Below, in pieces: positions 7,747 to 17,366 of a DNA stretch of 32,000 bases (position 1 is the stretch's first letter; each line of letters starts with the position of its first letter). Position numbers and translations under genes: made by a program. Origin of the DNA: an uncultured Thermoproteales archaeon. GTDB lineage: Archaea; Thermoproteota; Thermoprotei; Thermoproteales; Thermoproteaceae. The stretch spans positions 109,982 through 141,981 of the forward strand of contig CALJAK010000007.1 in assembly GCA_938027595.1 (NCBI GenBank), given 5' to 3'. The notes beneath the pieces were generated by a model, which made no database searches, was not told where the DNA came from, and was given only the letters and a program-made list of their open reading frames with translations.

Positions 7747-9468
7747 TTAGGTGTGGGTTTTGAGGAATTTTTGTCTACTCCAACCGGTCAGCGGTATTCC
7801 AGTGATTTTAGTCCACGTCTTGGGGTCCATTTTGAAGGATTGCTCTACCTTTTCTCTATGGCCAACCACGTTGTATGTGCAGAATGGGAAGACGCGCCCG
7901 TCTGGAGTGGCGTAGTGTATGTCGCAGCGTTGGACGCGCTCTATGTCGTAGTTCATAGTGTCCATGAAGTGCATTATGCCCAGGCCAACTACGTTGAAGA
8001 AGAAGCGCCCTAGAGAGTCGTAGTCTTTCTTCACCAACACATCGTACAGCAATTCTTTTACTCGCTTGTGTTTCACAGCCTTCAAGAGCTTCAGCGCCTT
8101 GAGCTTCGCGGCGTGTCTATACACGCCCCCCTTTGCCGCGGTTCTGTAGACGTCCCAAGCGCCCCTCTCGAAGGCGTCCACGTCTACAAGCTTGGTGATG
8201 GGGTAGAGTCTACCCTCATCTTCGTCGTAGTAAATGAAAGTGGCGGCGCCGCACATGGGGTTCATGCTGAAGAGAGGCTTTGGAGACTCTGTGAGAGCTT
8301 CAACCATCTTGGCCATGGCCACGGGCCAGTTGGTGGGTCTCCAGTCCCACCTGTTGATAACGCCGTTTGTCTGTTTCTCGATTTCTATAATTGTGTCAGG
8401 TATGGTGATCCGGTACTTCCTGAGCTCCTCTTTGCTGTATAACCTCGCTCTGCCGGAGAAACTGACTGGCTGTATGTTAACCCACCTCACCACGTCTCGG
8501 TTCCGGACGGCGAAATCTATAATCTTGCCTAAATCTCTATCGTTGTAGTTCTTGGCTAACGTAACCACCAGCACAATGGATCTGTGGCCCAACTTCCTGG
8601 CGTTTTCTATTACTCTCTCTTTAGTCAACCTATAAGCTTTGGGGTGGTAGAGGCGGTGTCTCCACACGCCTTCGTTCCCCTCGTCGATTGTGTCAAACTG
8701 TAGATAAAGCGTAGAGACGCCGGCGTCTAACAACGCTTTGTAATACTCAATGTCGTTTGCGAGTCTAACGCCGTTTGTGTTCACCTCCACGTGTGTAAAG
8801 CCGAGTTTTTTCGCAATTCTAACCACCTCTGGCAAGTCGTCTCTCAATGTGGGCTCGCCTCCAGACAGTTGGATTGCGTTGGGGGGCCAGGGCTTTTGAG
8901 CTCTCAAAGTCCTCAACATGTACTCAATTTGCTCTATGGTGGGTTCATAGACGTGCCCAGAGGCACCGGCGGTGGCGAAACACACGGGACACGCCATGTT
9001 GCATCTGTTAGTCACGTCTATGATCGCCAACACGGTGTTGGACTTGTGGACTGGACACAAGCCACAGCCAGAGGGGCAAGACCCCATGTCTCTGTAGAAC
9101 TCCAAGTCGGTGTAGGGATTCGCCAGACCCTTGGCGATGTACTCTGGTCTATCCCACTGTAAGAAGTAGTAATACATCTCCGCGTTGCCCCAGTACAAAT
9201 CCTCAAACGTGCCGTGTTCTGGACAAGTCTTCTTGAGCCATATAGCTCCGTTCTCTTCATAAACTACAGAGGGAATTCTCTTGACGCATACGGGACACAC
9301 AGAGAGAGAGGGTTTGATTACTCTAGCCTCTTCGGGCAAGTCGTACTTACGCTTCAATTGCATCTGAAGCTTTTCGTTTGTCAAAACTTCTCTATATCTA
9401 TCTGGGAGGTTATATCGAGACAAATCCACAACTCTCAAGGGCTTAACCACCTCCACCGCTCTACTCAT
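7747..9468 (-). CDS. Radical SAM enzyme with an N-terminal Cys-rich domain; likely tetraether lipid synthase (Tes / GDGT-MAS-like)
   Basis: CNMACPVCF radical SAM motif. It is preceded by CPVC...CPEHG (rubredoxin/Zn-ribbon-like) and CPSGCGLCPVH Cys clusters, followed by a GGEPTLR SAM-binding motif. 573 aa. The architecture matches what I recall for the archaeal Tes family. The radical SAM call is firm; the Tes assignment is inference. Confidence 0.6.
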   Translation of the reverse strand: MSRAVEVVKPLRVVDLSRYNLPDRYREVLTNEKLQMQLKRKYDLPEEARVIKPSLSVCPVCVKRIPSVVYEENGAIWLKKTCPEHGTFEDLYWGNAEMYYYFLQWDRPEYIAKGLANPYTDLEFYRDMGSCPSGCGLCPVHKSNTVLAIIDVTNRCNMACPVCFATAGASGHVYEPTIEQIEYMLRTLRAQKPWPPNAIQLSGGEPTLRDDLPEVVRIAKKLGFTHVEVNTNGVRLANDIEYYKALLDAGVSTLYLQFDTIDEGNEGVWRHRLYHPKAYRLTKERVIENARKLGHRSIVLVVTLAKNYNDRDLGKIIDFAVRNRDVVRWVNIQPVSFSGRARLYSKEELRKYRITIPDTIIEIEKQTNGVINRWDWRPTNWPVAMAKMVEALTESPKPLFSMNPMCGAATFIYYDEDEGRLYPITKLVDVDAFERGAWDVYRTAAKGGVYRHAAKLKALKLLKAVKHKRVKELLYDVLVKKDYDSLGRFFFNVVGLGIMHFMDTMNYDIERVQRCDIHYATPDGRVFPFCTYNVVGHREKVEQSFKMDPKTWTKITGIPLTGWSRQKFLKTHT

Positions 9469-9485
9469 GTCACTCGCTGTCTATA

Positions 9486-9504
9486 CTTTTTTAAATTTTT
9501 TAAC
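9486..9504. promoter_or_regulatory. Shared A/T-rich TATA region between the divergent Tes-like and TrmB-like genes
   Basis: 'cttttttaaattttttaac' is centred ~27 nt from the Tes-like ATG (9468, minus strand) and ~29-32 nt from the ATGATG at 9524/9527 (plus strand). Confidence 0.45.
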
Positions 9505-9523
9505 GTTTTTAACGGAATTAGGT

Positions 9524-10228
9524 ATGATGCAGAACATATCCACTGCACTTGGGATAGGGAAGAGAGAGTTAGACATCTACCTAACGCTAGTGGAGAGGGG
9601 AGACTTGACTGCTAGAGACATTTCAGAAGTGCTCAAAGTGCCATATACAAAAGTGTATCTCTACCTCTCTAAGCTTGAGAAGTTGGGGATAGTCACGCCT
9701 GTAGAGAAGACGCGGCCGCAGAGGTACAGAGCGATGGCACCCATGGAGGTTTACAGAAAGTTAGTCGCCACGGTGTCTGAAAGTCTCAGACAGATAAAGC
9801 CGTTTTTCGACAGTCTGCAGCTCATTTACGAGAGTAACGTACAGATCACGTCGACGTTCTTGACGTTAGTCAAGGGAGTGGAGAAGATAAATCAATTAGT
9901 AGAAGAAGTGATAAAGTCAGCCGATGGAGAGGTGTACATGGCCATCCCCTTCAGAGAACTTTTGACATACCGCCTGCTAGCCACAGTGGTCGAGGAGTCT
10001 AGGCGGGTGGAGATAAAGATGATTGTAAAAGAGAATCTCCTACCGCTTGAGCTCCCCCCCAGAGTGGAAGTGAAGACAATTGGCGAAATGTTCGGCGGCG
10101 GTGCCATCGGGAGCGCCGCAGTGATTTTTGTAAAGTACGGAGGCGAAATTTCCGGCATACACTCCAACGACAGGTACCTAATAGAGATTGCACGAACATA
10201 CTTCATCCACTTGTGGCAAAAGGTTTAA
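9524..10228 (+). CDS. TrmB-family winged-helix transcriptional regulator
   Basis: The N-terminus MMQNISTALGIGKRELDIYLTLVERGDLTARDISEVLKVPYTKVYLYLSKLEKLGIV matches the TrmB HTH pattern. I place the start at 9524, because the track start at 9467 would overlap the divergent gene and read through the TATA region. Confidence 0.75.
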   Translation: MMQNISTALGIGKRELDIYLTLVERGDLTARDISEVLKVPYTKVYLYLSKLEKLGIVTPVEKTRPQRYRAMAPMEVYRKLVATVSESLRQIKPFFDSLQLIYESNVQITSTFLTLVKGVEKINQLVEEVIKSADGEVYMAIPFRELLTYRLLATVVEESRRVEIKMIVKENLLPLELPPRVEVKTIGEMFGGGAIGSAAVIFVKYGGEISGIHSNDRYLIEIARTYFIHLWQKV

Positions 10229-10303
10229 ACCACCACGTTGTAAATATCGTGACGACTAGAAATGGGGCCTCCGATTGGTGAAGAAAGTCTGGAGCGCTGA
10301 CTG

Positions 10304-12661
10304 TCAAGAAATTTCTGAAGACTCTCTCTTCGAGATGGTGAACAGTTTGGCTGGTAGACTCTCTCTCAACATGTCTATAAACTCTCTAGACTGCGACGCC
10401 AGAAACAGTTGGTATCGCTCAGCTAAGTTCTTCACCATGTTCACAAACGCACTCTTCACTTCTCTATCCACATACGGCAGAGGCTCGTCGAAAATCAAAA
10501 ACGCCAACTTAGTGGCGGCCATCATCCTCAACGCTAGAGCCAGCGCGACGGCTAGCGAAAGCCTCTGCCCATCGCTGAGTTTAGAAATTCCAAACTTCTC
10601 CCCAGTTGGAGATATGGCGTAGAATTGGTAATGTCCACTCTTCTGCTCCAAGTCTACACTCACGTTAGTTATATCGCCGTATCTATATATGTCTAGAAAA
10701 ATCTCGCCGAATAGTCGCTCTGTCGCCCGCACTAGTCTAGACCTAGCGCCGACTTTAACTAATTCAAGCTTAGACTTTATCAACTGGAACTTTTCATATG
10801 TATACATCACGTTCTCCAGTGTCTTTCTCAAACTCTCGGGGCTGCCCCCCACTTCCCTAACCACGTTCTCTAGAGTAGCCAACTCTCTGTACAAGTCAGT
10901 AATTCGCTTTGATACTTTCTCCAAATTCTCCAGAGCGCTGCGCCACTGCATGTCTACAGTCACCACGTCGCTGGAGATGCCCGCCTTCTTCAGTTCAATC
11001 TCTAACTCTCTATACCTACGCTGGAGTTCCCTCAGCCTCAACGCCCTCCTGTATTTAGACACAGCCTCAGAAATTTGTCTCTTGTCTACTCTCTCTAGAA
11101 TTTCTCTAAGTCTACTCTTCTTTCTCTCTAACTGTCTCAACGCCTTCTCCGCTTGGAGTATTTTCTTCACCACTTCCCCCCTCTCTGCCTTCAGTTGCTC
11201 CACTCTGCCCCTAGCCGAGAGATATGCAGCCACGTCATTCTGGAGTGCCTCCATCTCCTCTGCGATGTTTTCCACACTACGCACCTCCTCTCTGAGAGTC
11301 TCCACCTCGGCTATTACCTTGCCGAATTTTTCGCCTAACTCCCTCAAGTGGTGAGACAATTGCTCCATGTCCAGAGAGCCACCGCAAATGGGACATTTGT
11401 CACTCCCAGACTCCGCCAAATACGTCAATACAGTTTTCAAAGAAGTAGAGAAAGCCACTTCTCTCTCGACTTCTTGGAGTCTCTTCTTGAGTTCAGATGC
11501 TCTAAGCCGAGCCGCAGCTGCCGATGGATATAACTTCTGCAGTTCTCTAAATCTCGAGTAAGACTTCTCCAATTTCTTCAACACATTCTCTAAGTCCGCA
11601 ATTTCGCTATCTAACTTGTTTAATTTGTCTGAATAATGTTTATACATCCTCTCCATCTCCAGCTCTTGTAATTCTAGATCGCCGGCGAGTTTTTCAATTG
11701 CGTCATACACCTCAACCATGGCTATAGAGACAGTGTCCAAATCACTGGAGTTAAGTCGCTCTAATAGAGATGGGTCGAAAAAGTGTTCAAACTCCTCCAC
11801 CACGCTCTTCAGGGAGTTCTTTACCTTACCTAAATCTGAATCTACATAATCCGCCCCAGCCAACTCTAGCTCAATCTTCACTCTGTAGTACTCCAACAAC
11901 ACGGCTTCGTACTCTCTAATTTTGTCAATGTGAGAAATCCGCCGTTTTGCCAACTCTTCCAGATCTCTAGACAGTTGGCTCTCTCTCTCCTTTAGTTCCG
12001 AAATCTCCCGCGAGAGAGACTCCAGCCTCGAGACCAACCCCTCATAGCTGTCGTACTTCCTAATTATATCTCTGTACTTCTCATAATTGGCAAGTCTACT
12101 CCTCAAGTCCTCTGCGTGACTCAACAATTGCTTCATCACTGGCGTCAAGACTCGGCTAATCACATTGTCTATGACGTCAATGCCGAACAGTCTATCTACA
12201 GAGAGTGTCCTCTTGTGCGAAGTGCCGTATATAAAGCCCTCCAACGTCCTGTGAGATATGTAGACCAACCTGTCGTAAATGTCTTCATCCACCTCCAGTA
12301 GTTGGAGTAGCGTCTCCTCTGCTTCTCTCTTCTTGTACTCCACTCCACCAACAGTCACAACTAGTCTCTCCGTACCTCTCTTGTTTAACTGCCTCTCTAT
12401 CTTCAAGACGTCACTCCCGCTTGACAATTGGAGAGCCACACGCATCTCGTGAGCCTCGGAGTTTATCAAATCCACCACTTTCGCTACTTTCTCTCTCACC
12501 TCTAGCTGCTTCCCAAACAACGCGTACTCTATAGCGTAGAGGAGAGACGTCTTGCCGGCTCCCACTCTCCCCCAGAGGAGATTCACTCGGTCGAATACAA
12601 CTTCGTGCCGCCCTCTGTACGACCTGAAGTTTTCTAACTCAATTCTATCAATTTTCCACAT
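10304..12661 (-). CDS. rkd-4: SMC/Rad50-like coiled-coil ATPase with a central CxxC zinc hook; arcadin-4 of the crenactin cluster
   Basis: Walker A GRVGAGKTSLLYAIEYALFG, ABC signature LSDGQRLSLAVALALAL and Walker B LAFLIFDEPLPYVD. A ~550-aa heptad-rich middle carries CPICGG at residues 423-426 of 785. It is the last gene of the crenactin operon. Confidence 0.75.
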   Translation of the reverse strand: MWKIDRIELENFRSYRGRHEVVFDRVNLLWGRVGAGKTSLLYAIEYALFGKQLEVREKVAKVVDLINSEAHEMRVALQLSSGSDVLKIERQLNKRGTERLVVTVGGVEYKKREAEETLLQLLEVDEDIYDRLVYISHRTLEGFIYGTSHKRTLSVDRLFGIDVIDNVISRVLTPVMKQLLSHAEDLRSRLANYEKYRDIIRKYDSYEGLVSRLESLSREISELKERESQLSRDLEELAKRRISHIDKIREYEAVLLEYYRVKIELELAGADYVDSDLGKVKNSLKSVVEEFEHFFDPSLLERLNSSDLDTVSIAMVEVYDAIEKLAGDLELQELEMERMYKHYSDKLNKLDSEIADLENVLKKLEKSYSRFRELQKLYPSAAAARLRASELKKRLQEVEREVAFSTSLKTVLTYLAESGSDKCPICGGSLDMEQLSHHLRELGEKFGKVIAEVETLREEVRSVENIAEEMEALQNDVAAYLSARGRVEQLKAERGEVVKKILQAEKALRQLERKKSRLREILERVDKRQISEAVSKYRRALRLRELQRRYRELEIELKKAGISSDVVTVDMQWRSALENLEKVSKRITDLYRELATLENVVREVGGSPESLRKTLENVMYTYEKFQLIKSKLELVKVGARSRLVRATERLFGEIFLDIYRYGDITNVSVDLEQKSGHYQFYAISPTGEKFGISKLSDGQRLSLAVALALALRMMAATKLAFLIFDEPLPYVDREVKSAFVNMVKNLAERYQLFLASQSREFIDMLRESLPAKLFTISKRESSEIS

Positions 12662-12809
12662 TTATCCCAAACTCTCTCAAGTACTCCACAACTACAGCCC
12701 TAGCCGCAGTTGCGCCACCTTGTCTATACGCCGTGATTAACTTCTCTACAAATTTCTGTAAGTCACTTTGACCAAAAACCTTACGCACTTCTTCAATAAT
12801 TATGTCCAT
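12648..12809 (-). CDS. Small ORF (53 aa) between arcadin-2 and arcadin-4; candidate arcadin-3
   Basis: Not in the track (<60 aa). ATG at 12809..12807. It reads MDIIIEEVRKVFGQSDLQKFVEKLITAYRQGGATAARAVVVEYLREFGINVEN*. It starts 23 nt after the arcadin-2 stop, and its last 14 nt overlap the arcadin-4 start. Helical, protein-like composition. Confidence 0.45.
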   Translation of the reverse strand: MDIIIEEVRKVFGQSDLQKFVEKLITAYRQGGATAARAVVVEYLREFGINVEN

Positions 12810-12832
12810 ATGCCGCGTTGTGCACACTTTTA

Positions 12833-13465
12833 TTAACTCTTCGAACGGAGTATTCTAACCCACTCGTTGTCTAAGATACCCCCCCGTTGTCTATCTCCGT
12901 CTTCTCTCCCACTCTCTCCGCCGCCTCTCGCCTCCAGTTTGCTTCTTTCAATTTTTTGATCTATGTACACCCGTAGTTTTTCGTATAGAGTATTCTCTAT
13001 TTTCTTTAACTCTAAACTTATTTGTTCATGTAATTTTTTCATTTCTGTCTCTATGTATTTAGCAATATCGCTCTTCACAGATTCCAACGTGCCTAGGTTG
13101 AGTTCCGTGGTGTAACGAGGTTTTGCGTAAATTTTTACTTCAACCGCCTTATCTACCTCCGCCTTGTCTACTTTTGTGGGGTCCACCACCACAAGCCCAA
13201 CGCCGCTGGTTTTGAAATACCGCGAGTCCACGTGTGGTAGAGCTTCTGGAAACACAACTAAATACGTCTTAGCGGCGTTTTGACTCAACAAGACACCCAC
13301 CGCTTTGTATAACTCACCTTCTTCATAAATTTCGGAAAAGTAGAAGCCAACCACCACTTTGTTTAACCCCTCTTCAAACCACGCCGCGTTGCCCTCTGTC
13401 TTCAAATACCGCATTCCCAATACTTCAGTAAAGTACCTCACTGTAAGTAATTGAACAAAATCCAC
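12833..13465 (-). CDS. rkd-2: Arcadin-2-like protein (crenactin-binding partner)
   Basis: 210 aa, starting 18 nt downstream of crenactin. It has an N-terminal globular part, a coiled-coil segment, a G/E/R-rich linker and a short conserved-looking C-terminal tail (ILDNEWVRILRSKS). The assignment rests on position and size relative to the described arcade cluster. Confidence 0.6.
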   Translation of the reverse strand: MDFVQLLTVRYFTEVLGMRYLKTEGNAAWFEEGLNKVVVGFYFSEIYEEGELYKAVGVLLSQNAAKTYLVVFPEALPHVDSRYFKTSGVGLVVVDPTKVDKAEVDKAVEVKIYAKPRYTTELNLGTLESVKSDIAKYIETEMKKLHEQISLELKKIENTLYEKLRVYIDQKIERSKLEARGGGESGREDGDRQRGGILDNEWVRILRSKS

Positions 13466-13483
13466 ATCTCTATCTACTTCTAT

Positions 13484-15120
<1,637 letters not shown>

Positions 15121-15133
15121 GTGATTAATTCGT

Positions 15134-15149
15134 AATAAATTTATATATA
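15134..15149. promoter_or_regulatory. Single A/T-rich TATA element shared by the divergent arcade operon and the Zn-ribbon gene
   Basis: 'aataaatttatatata' is roughly equidistant (~23-24 nt) from the ATG at 15120 (minus strand) and the ATG at 15167 (plus strand). The whole spacer is 46 bp. Confidence 0.5.
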
Positions 15150-15166
15150 GCCCTCGTTGTGGGGGC

Positions 15167-15379
15167 ATGGCTCAAGAATTTCCAGAAGATTGGGAGTACT
15201 CAGGTGGAGAGCTAGAGAAGACGTTGAAAGTGAGAGCCACATGCCCCTACTGCAAACACAAGTTTGAAGTAGAAATCGGCGAGAGTTGGTACAACATTGG
15301 CTTCTCGATTAATTGTCCAAAGTGCGGCAAGTCGTTTCCAATCAACGCTTACGGCGAAATTATTGGAACAGTTGGATGA
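15167..15379 (+). CDS. Small zinc-ribbon protein
   Basis: 70 aa with CPYC...CPKC. TATA ~24 nt upstream. Divergent from the arcade operon. Confidence 0.6.
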   Translation: MAQEFPEDWEYSGGELEKTLKVRATCPYCKHKFEVEIGESWYNIGFSINCPKCGKSFPINAYGEIIGTVG

Positions 15380-15427
15380 TTCTAATAATACCAAGCCCCA
15401 CTTTTTAATTAAGAGGAATCTCTTAAC

Positions 15428-15814
15428 ATGGAACCAATAAAGAGAATTGAAGAGGGGCTTAAAGACCTTTACGACACAAACGTAGGTAAGATAGAGAGAA
15501 ACCCCGACGTCGATATATATGACATGGGTGACAACATTGTCATATACATCGACATGCCCGGCGTGAAGAAAGAAAACATAAAAGTGAGGATGTACGACAA
15601 GTCGATAGAAGTAATGGCACAAAACCAGCAAGAGGGAACGCCGGGGAAACCAATAAGGCGAGAGAGAATTTCGAATTTCTCCATATCGAGAAAGATAGAA
15701 TTACCATTCAGACTGAGAGTAGATACCGCACGCGCAGTGTACAAAGACGGAGTGTTGCAGATAATAGTGGGAAAAGCTGGTGAATTCGGCGCTGCAGAGT
15801 TGAAAATAGATTAG
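15428..15814 (+). CDS. hsp20: Small heat-shock protein, Hsp20/alpha-crystallin family
   Basis: 128 aa. The alpha-crystallin domain pattern is DIYDMGDNIVIYIDMPGVKKENIKVRMYDKSIEVMAQ...FSISRKIELPFRLRVDTARAVYKDGVLQIIV. TATA 'ctttttaattaag' lies ~25 nt upstream. Confidence 0.9.
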   Translation: MEPIKRIEEGLKDLYDTNVGKIERNPDVDIYDMGDNIVIYIDMPGVKKENIKVRMYDKSIEVMAQNQQEGTPGKPIRRERISNFSISRKIELPFRLRVDTARAVYKDGVLQIIVGKAGEFGAAELKID

Positions 15815-16428
15815 CCAGTCTCTGGCGGCGGTAATGAGATAGTTAATAACTTTGCGTGTTCTTCAGTTATCGCCACATCTCCCAATTTCTCGAGTTTTAT
15901 GCCGTCTTCAAATTTAACTCTGTGAAATATGAGCTTTCTATTTGGTAGATCTGCTGTGAAGAGTTTAACCTCCTTCAACGACGCCAAATACCTCCTCACT
16001 TCTTCACTCAGTTGTGTAAGTTGTTTCGTAGCGAGCCACACTCTTACGTGTATCACCATCGCTCCCCTATACCCACTCTTTGCCAACGCTTGTAGAGTCT
16101 TTTCAGTAATTTGTGTCACATGGCTAAGTTTCTGTTCGCCGCCGTAAGATATATACACCGCATCTGGGTTGTACTCCACGACTCTCCGCCCCATTTCCTC
16201 CACTTTTCCATCTTCATAAACAAAGACGGCGGCTGCGCCCTCTCGGTAGTTGTTTCTAGCTACATAGGATGTGACTAACGCGGCGGCCAAAGCGCTGCAC
16301 ACTCTATCTGGATACGTTATAACCGCTACTTTTCGATAACCCTCTAGGAGTTTCTGTCCGACTAAGTAACCAGTGAGCGACCTTAAGTATATCTCTTGTT
16401 CTAGAGACGCTCTACTCGCCATTTCCAT
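15811..16428 (-). CDS. Hypothetical protein (205 aa), last gene of the glyS-endA operon
   Basis: Long ORF with protein-like composition, starting 22 nt downstream of the endA stop. I recognised no motif. Confidence 0.55.
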   Translation of the reverse strand: MEMASRASLEQEIYLRSLTGYLVGQKLLEGYRKVAVITYPDRVCSALAAALVTSYVARNNYREGAAAVFVYEDGKVEEMGRRVVEYNPDAVYISYGGEQKLSHVTQITEKTLQALAKSGYRGAMVIHVRVWLATKQLTQLSEEVRRYLASLKEVKLFTADLPNRKLIFHRVKFEDGIKLEKLGDVAITEEHAKLLTISLPPPETG

Positions 16429-16450
16429 GGAGAAATTTCGATTTCTATTT

Positions 16451-16999
16451 TTAAAGACGAGCCCAAGAGAATCCCAACAGTAACACTTCGCCGGTTTTTG
16501 TGACGGTAGCTAGAGTGAAAGTTTTCTTAACGCTGTGGCTTAGCCTACCGCCTCTAGTTATGTCCGTGGCTGATATTCCCCTATTCGGTTCTAGAAAAAC
16601 CACCACCATAGGCGCGTGGTCTATGCCAGGTCCCTTTTCGTACACAGAGAAAAGCGCTCCGAACTTCAACCCACTCTTCACTACGTATCCCAAATCTCTG
16701 AAATACCTATAGATTTGGTAAATCTCGTCGAAGTTCTTTATCTTCTCTCTCCCCAATTTTTTCAATTCCTCTAGCGAAACGTTGCCGCTTGTCTCGTCTA
16801 CTACCGTTAATTTTCCCTTTTCAACTAAGTACACTGCTTCGTACAACGCCAAGATCAGTGGCGTGTTGATTTTCTCCACTTCTTCTCTCTTCACTTTGTC
16901 ATACCCCAAAAACCGTCCGTAGAACTCGGTTTTGTACAACTTGCGGGCGTGTTCTACGTTTTCTATAACTACCGCGAGCCCCCTCAAAATTCCCCTCAT
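16451..16999 (-). CDS. endA: tRNA-splicing endonuclease, catalytic subunit
   Basis: 182 aa. The C-terminal catalytic domain reads [32 protein letters not shown]...[11 protein letters not shown], which supplies the Tyr/His/Lys catalytic-triad context typical of EndA. Confidence 0.9.
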   Translation of the reverse strand: MRGILRGLAVVIENVEHARKLYKTEFYGRFLGYDKVKREEVEKINTPLILALYEAVYLVEKGKLTVVDETSGNVSLEELKKLGREKIKNFDEIYQIYRYFRDLGYVVKSGLKFGALFSVYEKGPGIDHAPMVVVFLEPNRGISATDITRGGRLSHSVKKTFTLATVTKTGEVLLLGFSWARL

Positions 17000-17346
17000 T
17001 TCTTTTTTATAGTGACGACAGTGTTCTCGGCAATGCCGATAGCTCTAGCACTCTCCTCTGACATGTATATCTCGTTGGACGTCAAACCATCGTCGACGGA
17101 GACTTTGAAAACTCGCCGCTTTTCATGCGAAGACCCGCCGGGAGCCACCACTTCCACTTCTTGTGGGTTATCCAACGCTGTGTATAACTCTCTGGAGATC
17201 TTGACCACATCTCCCTCTAGGTTTCTATCTATCTTTACCTTAACTCTGCGTTCTCCCCTCTTGGCTTCTCTCTTCTCCCCCTGCGGAGTGAGGAAGGGGG
17301 GAATTAACAACTTTTTTCCCCTCTCTATCTCTCTTCCCTCTCCCAT
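16996..17346 (-). CDS. Hypothetical basic protein (116 aa), translationally coupled to endA
   Basis: K/R/E-rich N-terminal ~40 aa, then a ~70-aa domain ([21 protein letters not shown]...[24 protein letters not shown]). The domain resembles swapped-hairpin / CDC48-N-like beta-barrel modules, a weak by-eye impression. ATGA overlap with endA. It starts 20 nt after the glyS stop. Confidence 0.55.
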   Translation of the reverse strand: MGEGREIERGKKLLIPPFLTPQGEKREAKRGERRVKVKIDRNLEGDVVKISRELYTALDNPQEVEVVAPGGSSHEKRRVFKVSVDDGLTSNEIYMSEESARAIGIAENTVVTIKKK

Positions 17347-17366
17347 ACATTTTTATTATTGTCTAG

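Noticed and set aside
7704-7761. Hairpin tattgc-ttgaaac-gcaata (7704-7722) and direct repeat gtgtgggttt (7725-7734, 7751-7760), each followed by T-runs, in the convergent spacer after the 604-aa gene
   Set aside because: These are plausibly tandem oligo-T terminators or an sRNA. However, the stems are short, the second repeat lies inside the Tes-like ORF 3' end, and I found no C/D or H/ACA boxes. That is too weak to annotate.
2049-9468. Idea that MMPL (lipid exporter family), the FtsX-like permease and the Tes-like lipid synthase form one membrane-lipid biogenesis island
   Set aside because: This is adjacency only. The genes lie in three separate transcription units, with a convergent junction at 7597-7746. 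MMPL substrate specificity cannot be inferred from sequence. I note it as speculation, not a finding.
10689-11354. 221-aa plus-strand ORF (and several 60-115-aa ORFs) antisense to arcadin-4
   Set aside because: The composition is S/L/F-rich and low in complexity, as expected from reading the complement of an E/K/L-rich coiled-coil gene. There is no promoter context. It is a shadow ORF.
10304-12661. Calling the 785-aa ATPase a bona fide DNA-repair Rad50
   Set aside because: No mre11/herA/nurA genes are adjacent. It is shorter than typical Rad50 and is the terminal gene of the crenactin operon, which matches arcadin-4. The Rad50-like hook is reported as a finding instead.
15811-16428. orf205 as a 2H-phosphoesterase/LigT-type RNA ligase acting after EndA (HVT and HVR tripeptides)
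   Set aside because: The two H-x-T/S motifs are imperfect (HVTQ, HVRV) and their spacing and context do not match the LigT fold pattern, so this was not claimed.
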